Part shown: positions 10,466 through 18,700 of the stretch, piece by piece
How the letters are laid out: every line of letters begins with the position of its first letter
Position numbering within the stretch: position 1 is the stretch's first letter
DNA from: Candidatus Saccharimonadota bacterium
GTDB taxonomy: Bacteria > Patescibacteriota > Saccharimonadia > Saccharimonadales > Saccharimonadaceae
DNA length: 64,000 nt
Direction of reading: 5' to 3'
NCBI GenBank assembly: GCA_013333495.2
Contig: JABCOR020000006.1
Location: 11,021-75,020 of the forward strand
The notes under the pieces: model-generated
Database searches by the model: none
Told to the model about the DNA's origin: nothing
What the model saw: the letters and a program-made list of their open reading frames with translations, nothing else
Program-made: the position numbers and the translations under genes

Positions 10466-10828
10466 CTAGTTTGTAGTCTCGGCCGGATCTTTAAGATTTG
10501 GCCAGGCTTTGATCTGCAGCTCTTCGAGCCGTGATGAAAGCTCGTTACCTTCTGCATGCAGCACATCTTCCAGGTTTTTGCTTGCTATGATTACCAAGCT
10601 GTGGTTCGTGCAGGAGAGTAGTACATTTGGGCTTTCATCTGGCGAAACCAGCGAAACTGTACCGTCGGTGAGTATGCGAATAGTATTACTGCTACTACTG
10701 TGCACTGCCACTGTCGTGCCAGCCGAAGCTTGCACTAAGACGATATCACAATCGGCGTGGAGTATTGCGTGCTGGTTTCCCTCTGTTGGGAGTAGTACTT
10801 TTTTATCATGCCGTGAAATAGGATGCAT
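10466..10828 (-). CDS. hypothetical protein (120 aa)
   Basis: Track ORF with its own terminator. No domain recognised. Confidence 0.5.
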   Translation of the reverse strand: MHPISRHDKKVLLPTEGNQHAILHADCDIVLVQASAGTTVAVHSSSSNTIRILTDGTVSLVSPDESPNVLLSCTNHSLVIIASKNLEDVLHAEGNELSSRLEELQIKAWPNLKDPAETTN

Positions 10829-11011
10829 TAAGCTACCCGATCTTTCTTGCTAAAGTGCCTACCATGTGTATTCTATGCCATCAACTGCACGCATAGAAAT
10901 ACTCTGGCAGGCGGCGAATAGAACATTACATAGTATAGAGGTATTGCTTGTGGTATGCAATAGCCCCCACGGTGGTGATCACTGCGGGGGCGGTTTAGTG
11001 TGGGTTATGTT

Positions 11012-11224
11012 TTATTTTTTAGCCTGCCTTGGTCGGCTGGTTCGTTCGTTTTTTAGCAGTATTTGAATGCAGATACCAATTGCTACGATTGCCACTAATG
11101 TTCGTAGTGGTGATAGCGAATCATGCAACGTCATAGTTGCTATAAAGTTACCAATCACCATGATGGCGATAAAAAGTAGCATAATGACTGTACCTGTTTT
11201 GTTGAGTTCACGTTTTTGCTGCAT
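11012..11224 (-). CDS. small membrane protein (70 aa, two predicted TM helices)
   Basis: AGGAGAG RBS 6 nt upstream. TTGACA (11302-11307) plus AT-rich -10 upstream. Confidence 0.6.
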   Translation of the reverse strand: MQQKRELNKTGTVIMLLFIAIMVIGNFIATMTLHDSLSPLRTLVAIVAIGICIQILLKNERTSRPRQAKK

Positions 11225-11310
11225 GGCCTGTCTCTCCTGTAGTTATAGTACTTTTTATTGCAAAGTACCTTACTTATAATATAGGGTAGACCCATATTTT
11301 TTGTCAAGAG

Positions 11311-11339
11311 AAAACCCCGCAGAGGTTTTCACTGCGGGG
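11311..11339 (-). terminator. Intrinsic terminator ending an upstream minus-strand transcript (approx. 11340-11750)
   Basis: CCCCGCAG/CTGCGGGG stem followed on the minus strand by TTTTCTCTT. Confidence 0.65.
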
Positions 11340-11999
11340 CCTAGTGGCACTAGTAGCAAGAATTGCTACGTTGCTACACTAGTAGTCATAGGGGCGCCGA
11401 AGTTACGGCAAAACGTAAGCGGCGCAGCCGCTATGACTGATGTGGGTGTGGCTTGGCCTGGTTGTAGGAAGTTGGAGCGATGCGGTTGCATGCCCCAGCA
11501 ATCGAAGGTGTTGCCAATGAGTGTGGCAACAAGTTTGAAGAAGCTTGCGATTGTCGGACCATATGAATTGTACGAATGAATCGTTCTCCTGATGGTTGCA
11601 TTTTTCAGCTTATTCCCCCGATAGCCAAGAACTATCATAAGCTGAGCAATGACCTATAGTTCCCCTGCCGGAAACCAGGACAAAGCAAATCCCCCTAGCG
11701 CATAATCCATCAAGAACGCCATAACGATATATTATTATATACGCATGGCAATATGAGTAAAACGAACTTTTAGGTAGTGCACTAGTGCGCTGCATAAAAG
11801 TTGTGTCCTAATGATAGAAATATACCGGTGCTACACATTATATGGTAGCAGCAGTAATTTCTGAAATATACTACGTATTGTTAAAGCTACACCCTGTGCG
11901 ACTGCGAGGCGTGAGTATGGATTACGGGCCTCAGCTAGTGGCACGTCTTTATTTTACCACACTACTCCGGTGGCGCAAGTAGAAAATTGGGCTGAAGTG

Positions 12000-12046
12000 A
12001 AAAACCCGCTCGCGCCTAAAGTAAACCTTTGGCGGCGGAGCGGGTT
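12000..12046 (-). terminator. Intrinsic terminator of ORF 12072..12380
   Basis: AACCCGCTC/GAGCGGGTT stem followed on the minus strand by TTTTTC. Confidence 0.65.
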
Positions 12047-12071
12047 GAGGCGGCGAGACAGTGTTCATGTA

Positions 12072-12380
12072 TTAGCGTATCGACTGTGACCGATTGCTGT
12101 TTTTCCGTAACATTTTTATGCACTGTGCCTTTATATCCCGCCAGAGTTTATGTGGTGGGTATATTATAAATAGCTTTATTGCAGAAACTATGCCCAGTAT
12201 GATAGAGCTAACAACGGCCCCTCCGGTAAGAATGAGTAATTCTAGCTTGGTATTATATGGCATATCCAGACGCCATATAATAACACTAATAGATAGACTG
12301 AACATGAGCATAACTACAGCTATTATCAGAAACAGCAGATAGTCATGCTTGCGAGTAGATTGACGATCGATATCAGCCAT
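12072..12380 (-). CDS. small membrane protein (102 aa, two TM helices)
   Basis: Track ORF. GAAGGTG upstream. Hydrophobic segments LLFLIIAVVMLMFSLSISVIIW and LLILTGGAVVSSIILGIVSAI. Confidence 0.6.
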   Translation of the reverse strand: MADIDRQSTRKHDYLLFLIIAVVMLMFSLSISVIIWRLDMPYNTKLELLILTGGAVVSSIILGIVSAIKLFIIYPPHKLWRDIKAQCIKMLRKNSNRSQSIR

Positions 12381-12514
12381 AATATGGTTGCACCTTCTCT
12401 TCTTTGTAACGTACGCCTCATATTGCCCAAGCTAGGGCCAACCGAGGCCTCCTAGCGGACTAATAATATTCTATTCTAGCATTTGGCTGCTGCTATTGCA
12501 ACAGTAGCGCGCAA

Positions 12515-12570
12515 AGAAAAAGCCTCCAATGCCGCGTGCTCCGCAAAGTGAGGTCACGCGGCACTGGAGG
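12515..12570 (-). terminator. Strong intrinsic terminator (16-bp stem)
   Basis: CCTCCAATGCCGCGTG/CACGCGGCACTGGAGG (one mismatch) followed on the minus strand by CTTTTTCTTT. Confidence 0.7.
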
Positions 12571-12634
12571 ATGGTTGTGCAATGATGTAGACAAAGGACT
12601 ATAACAGCTGTGCTCTTTTTGCGCATAGCGCAAA

Positions 12635-12916
12635 CTACACTCTGCTGCTACGCACGGATGAGCGGGGTCGCATAGATTTCTTGATACGCCTACTTCTTGT
12701 GGTGGAATGTGAGCGAGGGGGGCTGCGGCCTGCCCTTGCAGCGTGTTGATGTTGCTGGTCGCCTGAGCGATCCAGCTGCTCTTCCAGTGAAGCTACTGTT
12801 TGTTGCAGTGACTCAAGGCGTTCTACGAGCGGCAACACTTGGCTGACCGCTTGTTTGAGCTCCTGGATATCATTATCAACCCGAGCAGTAATCGCCCTGT
12901 TTGGTAGTTGTAAGGA
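12635..12916 (-). pseudogene. coiled-coil ORF remnant without a canonical start near its 5' end
   Basis: Open frame reads ..ITARVDNDIQELKQAVSQVLPLVERLESLQQTVASLEEQLD... The only ATG/GTG/TTG is the internal GTG at 12838. It has its own terminator at 12515-12570. Confidence 0.3.
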
Positions 12917-13031
12917 TCATTGCATATCGCGCCGGGGGTTTCCAACTGGCGATAGCACCAGTATACCATATTGCTGCTACACAAGAAAGCAACGGGCCGC
13001 TACAGCTAGTGGTGGCGTGCGCCCAGGTAAA

Positions 13032-13103
13032 GAAAAAGGGGCTATGCCCTCTCGCGCAGCATTTGGTAGCGGAACCAACGCAGCAAGCAAGAGGACATAG
13101 CCC
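13032..13103 (-). terminator. Long hairpin plus U-tract (terminator or attenuator-like)
   Basis: 14-bp stem GGGCTATGCCCTCT/AGAGGACATAGCCC (one mismatch), 37-nt loop, followed on the minus strand by TTTTTTC. Confidence 0.5.
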
Positions 13104-13196
13104 TAGTGGACATACAGCAAAAGAGTTTTACAACAGGAAAGGGGCAGGATCAGGCATTAAACTCCTTGCCTGGAGTAAAACCACTTCTTGAGGTAA

Positions 13197-13347
13197 TCCT
13201 CATAATGATAATAACATTTTCGGACACAAACCATAGCCAGCACTACACTCTACGCCATGAGCAATAGCTACTGTGTGGAGTAACGCGCGTAGAGCATAAT
13301 ACGCGAATGCTACCGAAGAAGCTATGGTGTTATTCATTATCATCACC
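13197..13347. repeat. Nested inverted repeats forming a ~150-nt extended hairpin
   Basis: Outer 14 bp with one bulge (13203-13217 / 13329-13342), middle CCATAGC/GCTATGG (13231-13237 / 13321-13327), inner CTCTACGC/GCGTAGAG (13248-13255 / 13287-13294). Confidence 0.5.
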
Positions 13348-13649
13348 AGCTGCATGCCACGAATGTGTGGGCAAAAAAGAGGTGCGCAATGCCAATAGCT
13401 CTGTCCAATCTATATAGCACTGCTGATATTCATTATTCACCGAAATAAGGAACCACCGATATAAAAACCTCTTTTTTGATCAGCACCGCAGCGTAATGCC
13501 GTGATACTGAAATAAAACCCCTGTATACCGAACCAGCCACGTAACAGTATACAGGATGCTTTACCCCACAACGCAGGATTGTTAGGAGTTGCACCTAAAA
13601 CGAAGACTTGGTTCTTCTCAATCCTTGCTAGGATGAATTTAGTATGATG

Positions 13650-13823
13650 CTAATTCCATCCAATGATACTAGTGTGGCATTCACTATTTGCTTCTTCCAG
13701 CGCTTTTTTGTAGCTGGCACAGTGCCTTTTATGGCCAGTTCCATTGCAATCTCGGCAGGCGCTAGCGCGCCCGAGTATCGCACAGGAACAGCAGCCTTGA
13801 CAATCGCTCCACCCAATTCTCAT
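13650..13823 (-). CDS. candidate Cys-rich micro-protein (57 aa) with a CxxCxGxG motif
   Basis: Not in the track (<60 aa). ATG at 13823 with AGGAAAG 5 nt upstream. MRIGWSDCQGCCSCAILGRASACRDCNGTGHKRHC... It competes with overlapping track ORFs 13628..13816 and 13644..13928. Confidence 0.3.
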   Translation of the reverse strand: MRIGWSDCQGCCSCAILGRASACRDCNGTGHKRHCASYKKALEEANSECHTSIIGWN

Positions 13824-13978
13824 GGGTCTTTCCTATCTGTTGTAGATCTTTCACTTTCAATGTACACAAAACGCAAAGAGCATGCAAATACGCCGCTCGA
13901 TCTGCTGGCTATTATAATAACAAAATAATGCTCGCTCTGTCAAATGGCGGCAGCAGAATGAGCCATGCACACACTGTG

Positions 13979-14092
13979 AAGGAAAAGCCCCCTCTTCTCA
14001 TTACGAAAAGAGGGGGCGTCATGCAAGAAATGCCTGAGGTGGCAACGCGAACCTTTCCCTGCCCAGGGAATATTCTAGCGGAGAAAGGTGGG
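13979..14092 (-). repeat. Conserved 3' element, copy A (114 nt, ends in a terminator hairpin)
   Basis: Aligns with 15103-15217. There are five substitutions outside the terminator loop. Minus strand ends GCCCCCTCTTTTC-loop-GAGAAGAGGGGGC-TTTTCC. Confidence 0.8.
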
Positions 14093-14131
14093 GCTGGTGC
14101 CATATCATTGCACAAATTTTATGCAATGAAG

Positions 14132-14572
14132 CTATACCGTGCATAAGCAAAGTATCAGACCGTATGCCACGCCCATGCAAGATACGACCACCGCAAAGGG
14201 GTGTAGCTCGGCCCAGGCGCGCAGGATTCGTAACCTGCCCCGCTTGTTATTAGAGCGTGCGTAGTTGATGGCGCTGTCTATATCGTAAAGTAGCGCTATG
14301 AGTGGCACGATGACACTGAGCGATACGTTAATCACAGTAGTCATATCTGCGGTTCGCAGCAGGATAAGCCACCAGAGGGCTACTCCCGATAAGACTGTAA
14401 CGTTAAGACATGCGGTCACGTCTTCACGCTGCTCTCGCCGTATCTTCGCTTCACCTTTCTCTCTCTTGTCAATGAACAAATACACTGCGTAAACATGGAG
14501 TGGTGCATCTCCCAAGGTGGCTGGCGTTAGACCAACCACCTTGGGGGACACGCTGTCACCACTTGGCAACAT
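14132..14572 (-). CDS. small membrane protein, cassette A (start uncertain: 14572, GTG 14419 or ATG 14344)
   Basis: Track ORF. Its first ~40 codons run through a 10-bp leader hairpin (14511-14545) and the conserved 24-nt box, so a downstream start is likely. The C-terminal part is hydrophobic. Confidence 0.5.
   Translation of the reverse strand: MLPSGDSVSPKVVGLTPATLGDAPLHVYAVYLFIDKREKGEAKIRREQREDVTACLNVTVLSGVALWWLILLRTADMTTVINVSLSVIVPLIALLYDIDSAINYARSNNKRGRLRILRAWAELHPFAVVVSCMGVAYGLILCLCTV
14451..14474 (-). repeat. Conserved 24-nt leader box, copy A
   Basis: Minus strand CATTGACAAGAGAGAGAAAGGTGA, identical at 15527-15550. Confidence 0.8.
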
Positions 14573-14626
14573 AATTACACAGAACGGTCTTATAGACTAC
14601 TCGCAAGCAGCCTATAAGATAACTTT

Positions 14627-14655
14627 ATTATATCGTAGTATAGACGTGACGTCAA
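14627..14655 (-). promoter_or_regulatory. sigma70-like promoter of cassette A
   Basis: Minus strand TTGACG (14650-14655), 17 nt, TATAAT (14627-14632). Flanks are conserved with cassette B (TTTTATTGTGC upstream, TATAATAAAG). Confidence 0.65.
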
Positions 14656-15102
14656 AAATAGGTGGATGATGCACAATAAAAAACGCCTTCCACCGATGAA
14701 AATGATGTAACAGCATTTTCATAAGTGGAAGACGGACAGAATAACCCACAATGTAATCTTCCCTGCAAATGCAGGGTGGATACAGTGGTTGGCTGTGGCT
14801 CATTCTGCGCGTCTTTTTATTTTTGTGTCTTCGTAAAACTATGGATTGCCCAGATGGGCGCTACGAAAAACCAGACCAGGTCATGGTTTATCCCTTCTCT
14901 TCATTAAAATTCTCAAAGAATCAGAATCACCGGGTACCTTTTACTGGATACGCATCGAGCACATAATTAGCCTCCTAAATATAGAAAGTAGGATAGTGAG
15001 TTATTCTGTCAAGGAGCGCGCTACCTGCTGAGCCGAGGCTCTAAGCGATGTAGCACATTTAAAGTATAAGATATAGTTGACACTTCGTCAATAGTAACCA
15101 CA

Positions 15103-15217
15103 AAGGAAAAGCCCCCCTCTTCTCATAAATGAAAAGAGGGGGCGTCATGCAAGAAATGCCTGAGGCGGCAACGCGAACCTTTCCCTGCTTAGGGAATGCT
15201 CTAGCGGAGAAAGGTGG
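15103..15217 (-). repeat. Conserved 3' element, copy B (115 nt, ends in a terminator hairpin)
   Basis: Aligns with 13979-14092. Starts 5 nt after the stop of ORF 15223..15486. Confidence 0.8.
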
Positions 15218-15222
15218 CGGTA

Positions 15223-15486
15223 TTAATCCTCATAAATAGGTAGCCCCAACTTAAGCCTATCTAGTGCATTCATGTTCCTTGCTTGTTTGGCTAACTTATG
15301 ACTAGGCCGCATGTACATAATGTACCCGACGCAGAACGCAATAAGTATTGCTAAAAAGATAGCCACCCAGAAATTATGCTGGATAAATGAAGCTGGTAAA
15401 AATACTACCGCTTCTAGTACTGTGAGCACAATAGCAAAATAGTATGCAATGTAGTAATAGTTTTCATTATAGTCTGGGTGAACCAT
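15223..15486 (-). CDS. small membrane protein, cassette B (87 aa, two TM helices)
   Basis: Track ORF. Hydrophobic YYIAYYFAIVLTVLEAVVFL and FWVAIFLAILIAFCVGYIMY. Unrelated in sequence to the cassette A ORF. Confidence 0.6.
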   Translation of the reverse strand: MVHPDYNENYYYIAYYFAIVLTVLEAVVFLPASFIQHNFWVAIFLAILIAFCVGYIMYMRPSHKLAKQARNMNALDRLKLGLPIYED

Positions 15487-15526
15487 TGGTAGACTTTTTG
15501 TGAACCAGTATCAGTGGTCAATGTGA

Positions 15527-15550
15527 TCACCTTTCTCTCTCTTGTCAATG
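15527..15550 (-). repeat. Conserved 24-nt leader box, copy B
   Basis: Identical to 14451-14474. Preceded by an 11-bp leader hairpin (15577-15616). Confidence 0.8.
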
Positions 15551-15684
15551 GGCGAAGTGTATAGTGTGAAATAAGATACCTCCGGGGCAATTAGGTAGCT
15601 AACTACCCCGAAGGTATTTGCCACTTATACATGAAAGGGTATGTACGGCTATCGAAAAAATCGACTGCTATATATACCACCTTT

Positions 15685-15713
15685 ATTATAGTATGTGATT
15701 GTCGGTGTGTCAA
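15685..15713 (-). promoter_or_regulatory. sigma70-like promoter of cassette B
   Basis: Minus strand TTGACA (15708-15713), 17 nt, TATAAT (15685-15690). Confidence 0.65.
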
Positions 15714-15742
15714 AACCACGAGGTACGCACAATAAAAGAGGG

Positions 15743-18700
15743 CTATGCTGCTGGATAGCGGGCGATGAGCTCATCTTCAAAGGCAATGACAGAGGCTAGC
15801 GTGGCTTTGGCGTGTTCTGGCTGGGTGAAATCTGCCGCAAAAATAGCCTGCCATACTGCTTGAATAAGCGCCTTGCCCCGAGCCAGTTCTTCTTCGGTGA
15901 ACTGCGTTGCGAGCGTTGCAAATTCCCCCTCTGGTGTTTGCCGTATAAAACGCAGCTGCGCTTGCTGCACGGTAAAACTGTGGTAGTCGCGTGAGCTGCC
16001 GGCAAGCAGCGTATAGAACAGTAGCTGGCGGCGGTAGGCGTGGAGCTTAAGGGCGTTGTGATTTTTGCCACCCTTCCAAGCGGTGACGGGCTTACCCGTT
16101 TTGTAGTCAGTGATGATTAGCGTTTTTTGCTTGGTATCGATATCGACAGCATCTAGGGTGCCGGTAAGGCGCGCATTGCCAATGTAGCATTGCTGGTGTG
16201 CAAAACTGAGTTCGGTTTTTTGGTGTGGCGTAAACGTTGTTTCTAGGTGAGGCAAAAATGTGCTCAATTCTGCCTGGCCTTGCGCAAGCAGCGTTTCAAG
16301 CTCTTCGCCGCGCAATGGGCTGCGCTGCAGCGTGGCTGTAAAGAAGTGCAAACTTTCTGCTAGTGGTTGTGGTGTACCGTGCGCTATGAAATACGTGTGG
16401 GCCTGTTTGATCGTGGCGTGCACCGCGGTGCCGTATTCGGCTGCAGCGTGCCAGCGGCGTGGAAATCCGAGCAGGTTATACAGCAAAAAGTTGGCCGGCC
16501 CACCACGAGAAATATCAAGATAGGTGTTGAGCGCCGTTGCGGAAAGCGCGAAATGATCAAGGCGGTATTGTAAAAATTCACGCATAGTAGGTTGTGGCAA
16601 TTGCACGATTGGTGCATACCAAGCTTGCATGTCTGCCTGCAGCGCGCTGGAAGGTTGCTGTGAGTTTGAACTAATTAGTTGTTCTTCGAGTGAGGTGGCT
16701 GTCAAAAAGGCTGCTGGGCTGAGGTCTTTCCCGGTAAGTGATTGCTGGCTATAGGTGATGAGCAGGTCTTGCTTGGCCCTCGTCATGCCCACGAAGAAGA
16801 GGCGCACCCATTCTTCCGGCGTACCGTCGTTATCACGGATTGGGACATTTGGTGGCAGCGGCAACTTTGAGCCACCACCTGCGGCGCGCCCCCACGTGGT
16901 ATTGTCTGCTGAAATGATAATAACGTGGTCGAACTCGAGCCCCTTTGACTTGTGCGCACTGAGGAGCTGCACGCCGGTAACATCCCCAGCTGCCGAGACG
17001 CGTTGCAAAGATAGGCCGGCGGCGCGGTACGCCCGAGCAAACGAAAGCAGCGAGGCCAGTGTGGCAGTTTCGTTGCCAGCGTAAGTTTTGGCAGATTCCC
17101 GGATGGTGCGCAAGCCGGCAATATGCGCAGCTAGTTCTTCTGGTTGCGATGTACCAGTAAAGAAATAGTGATGCAGCGGCGATGAAAAATCAGCCAGCTT
17201 AGGCGCGCTAGCAGGGGCTAGGTCTTCTGGTGTGCCGAGCAGCGTATCGATGGTTAGCTCTAGCGGGGCGTGTAAGCTAGCTGTTGCTAGCTCGAGCAGC
17301 CAGGTTCGAAATGGTGCAAAAATTGGTTCACCAGCCATAGCCTCAATCCACGGCTGTTTATTTTGATAGGCGTGGCGTGCCAGCTGCCAAATTGACTCTG
17401 GGGTGAATAGCGGCCTCCAGGCTGGGTGAGTGATGATTTGGCTCAGGTATTCATCGGCTGCGGGTAGATTGCCGCTAGCGATCGCCTGCAGGGTTTCACC
17501 CAAAAGCAGTAGCTGCTGGATTGGCTCCTGCTCGAGTACATTATCGCGTCGTTCATAGCGAACACGGATTTGCTTGGCGGCAAGATACGGCAGTAGCGCC
17601 TTCAATTGCTTATGGTGCCGGCCGATAACAGCAATATCACTTGGCGATGTGCCCTTTGCAAGCAGGTCTGCAATACGCTCAGCTACGGCTGTATATTCTG
17701 CCCCTTCATCTGGGTAGGCGTGAAGAGCGACCTGCGCCCCCTGCTCTGGGCGGTGTGGCGTTAGCTGCTTGTTGATACCGTGGTGCGTAGCCTCCAGGCG
17801 TTCACTATTTTGAGTAATAACCTCCCTGGCGTGAGCTAGAATTGGTGCTGCCGAGCGATAATTGTCGGTCAGTGTAATAATTTGCGCTGAAGGATAGAGC
17901 GATTCAAACGACAAAATATTGCTAATATCAGCCCCCTGGAAGCTATAAATTGCCTGGTCGTCATCGCCCACCGCCATGATATTTGGTCGTCCTTCGTGCA
18001 ATGGGCTGCTGGTGAGTGCCTGCAAAATACGCATTTGAGCTGGGTTGGTGTCTTGGAATTCATCTACCAAAATATAGTGATACTGTTCTTCCAGGTTGTA
18101 GCGTAGCTCTGGATTGGTGGTGAGCGCCTGCACGACATCTAAAATCATATCGTCAAAGTCGAAGTGGCGCGCAGCCTGCATAGCGGCAAGATAGCCAGCG
18201 TACACTTCTGCCAGCTCGCGCAGGTTTGGCAATTGGCGGGCTTGCTTAAAGACGAAATCACCTGCTGCATTTTTTTCTAGCCACTTGTTTTTAAAGGCTG
18301 TGATTGCAGTAGTTTTGCCACTTTCTTCATACGCGTGTAGCGCGCGCAGAATATCATTGTGCAGCAGCGTGCCGAGTGGCATCCCACCAATAGCTTGGCT
18401 GGCTGGCCCTGGCTTTTGTAGATTTTGTGCCTGTTCGGTGAATAGATCGTATAATGCGGTGGCTGTTTTTTTGCTTATTCTTCCCGCAAAAACTTGTGTA
18501 AACGCTGGCTGATATGTATCAAAAAATTGTTCATTTTCATCGAGGACGGCGGTTAGTTCGGCAGGGCTAATACCAGAACGCTTGAGCTGGCTAATTCGTT
18601 GCAAGACAGGGTGCAGATAGATAAATTCGCCCTGAGGTCCTTTAGCCCGCAGGCCGGCATCGTGCGGCAAATGTTTTAGTAAATCTTCAAGCAGCTGTTG

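Noticed and set aside
11366-11638. 90-aa minus-strand ORF as a real gene (possible peptide precursor)
   Set aside because: It has no SD and an odd composition, and it overlaps an equally long plus-strand ORF. A terminator follows it, so the locus is probably transcribed. Coding status is unsupported, so it is reported only as part of the gene-poor region.
12855-13191. Overlapping plus-strand ORFs 12855..13100 and 12901..13191
   Set aside because: They lack RBSs, cross minus-strand terminator and promoter structures, and have Arg/Ala/Gly-rich shadow-like composition.
14612-15031. Several 60-65-aa ORFs between the two cassettes
   Set aside because: They are mutually overlapping in different frames, lack RBSs and have implausible sequences. 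The spacer is treated as non-coding.
13979-15217. Idea that the conserved 3' elements are integron attC sites and the small ORFs are integron cassettes
   Set aside because: The ends have no GTTRRRY/RYYYAAC core sites. No intI-type integrase is in the window. Each unit has its own sigma70-like promoter, unlike promoterless integron cassettes.
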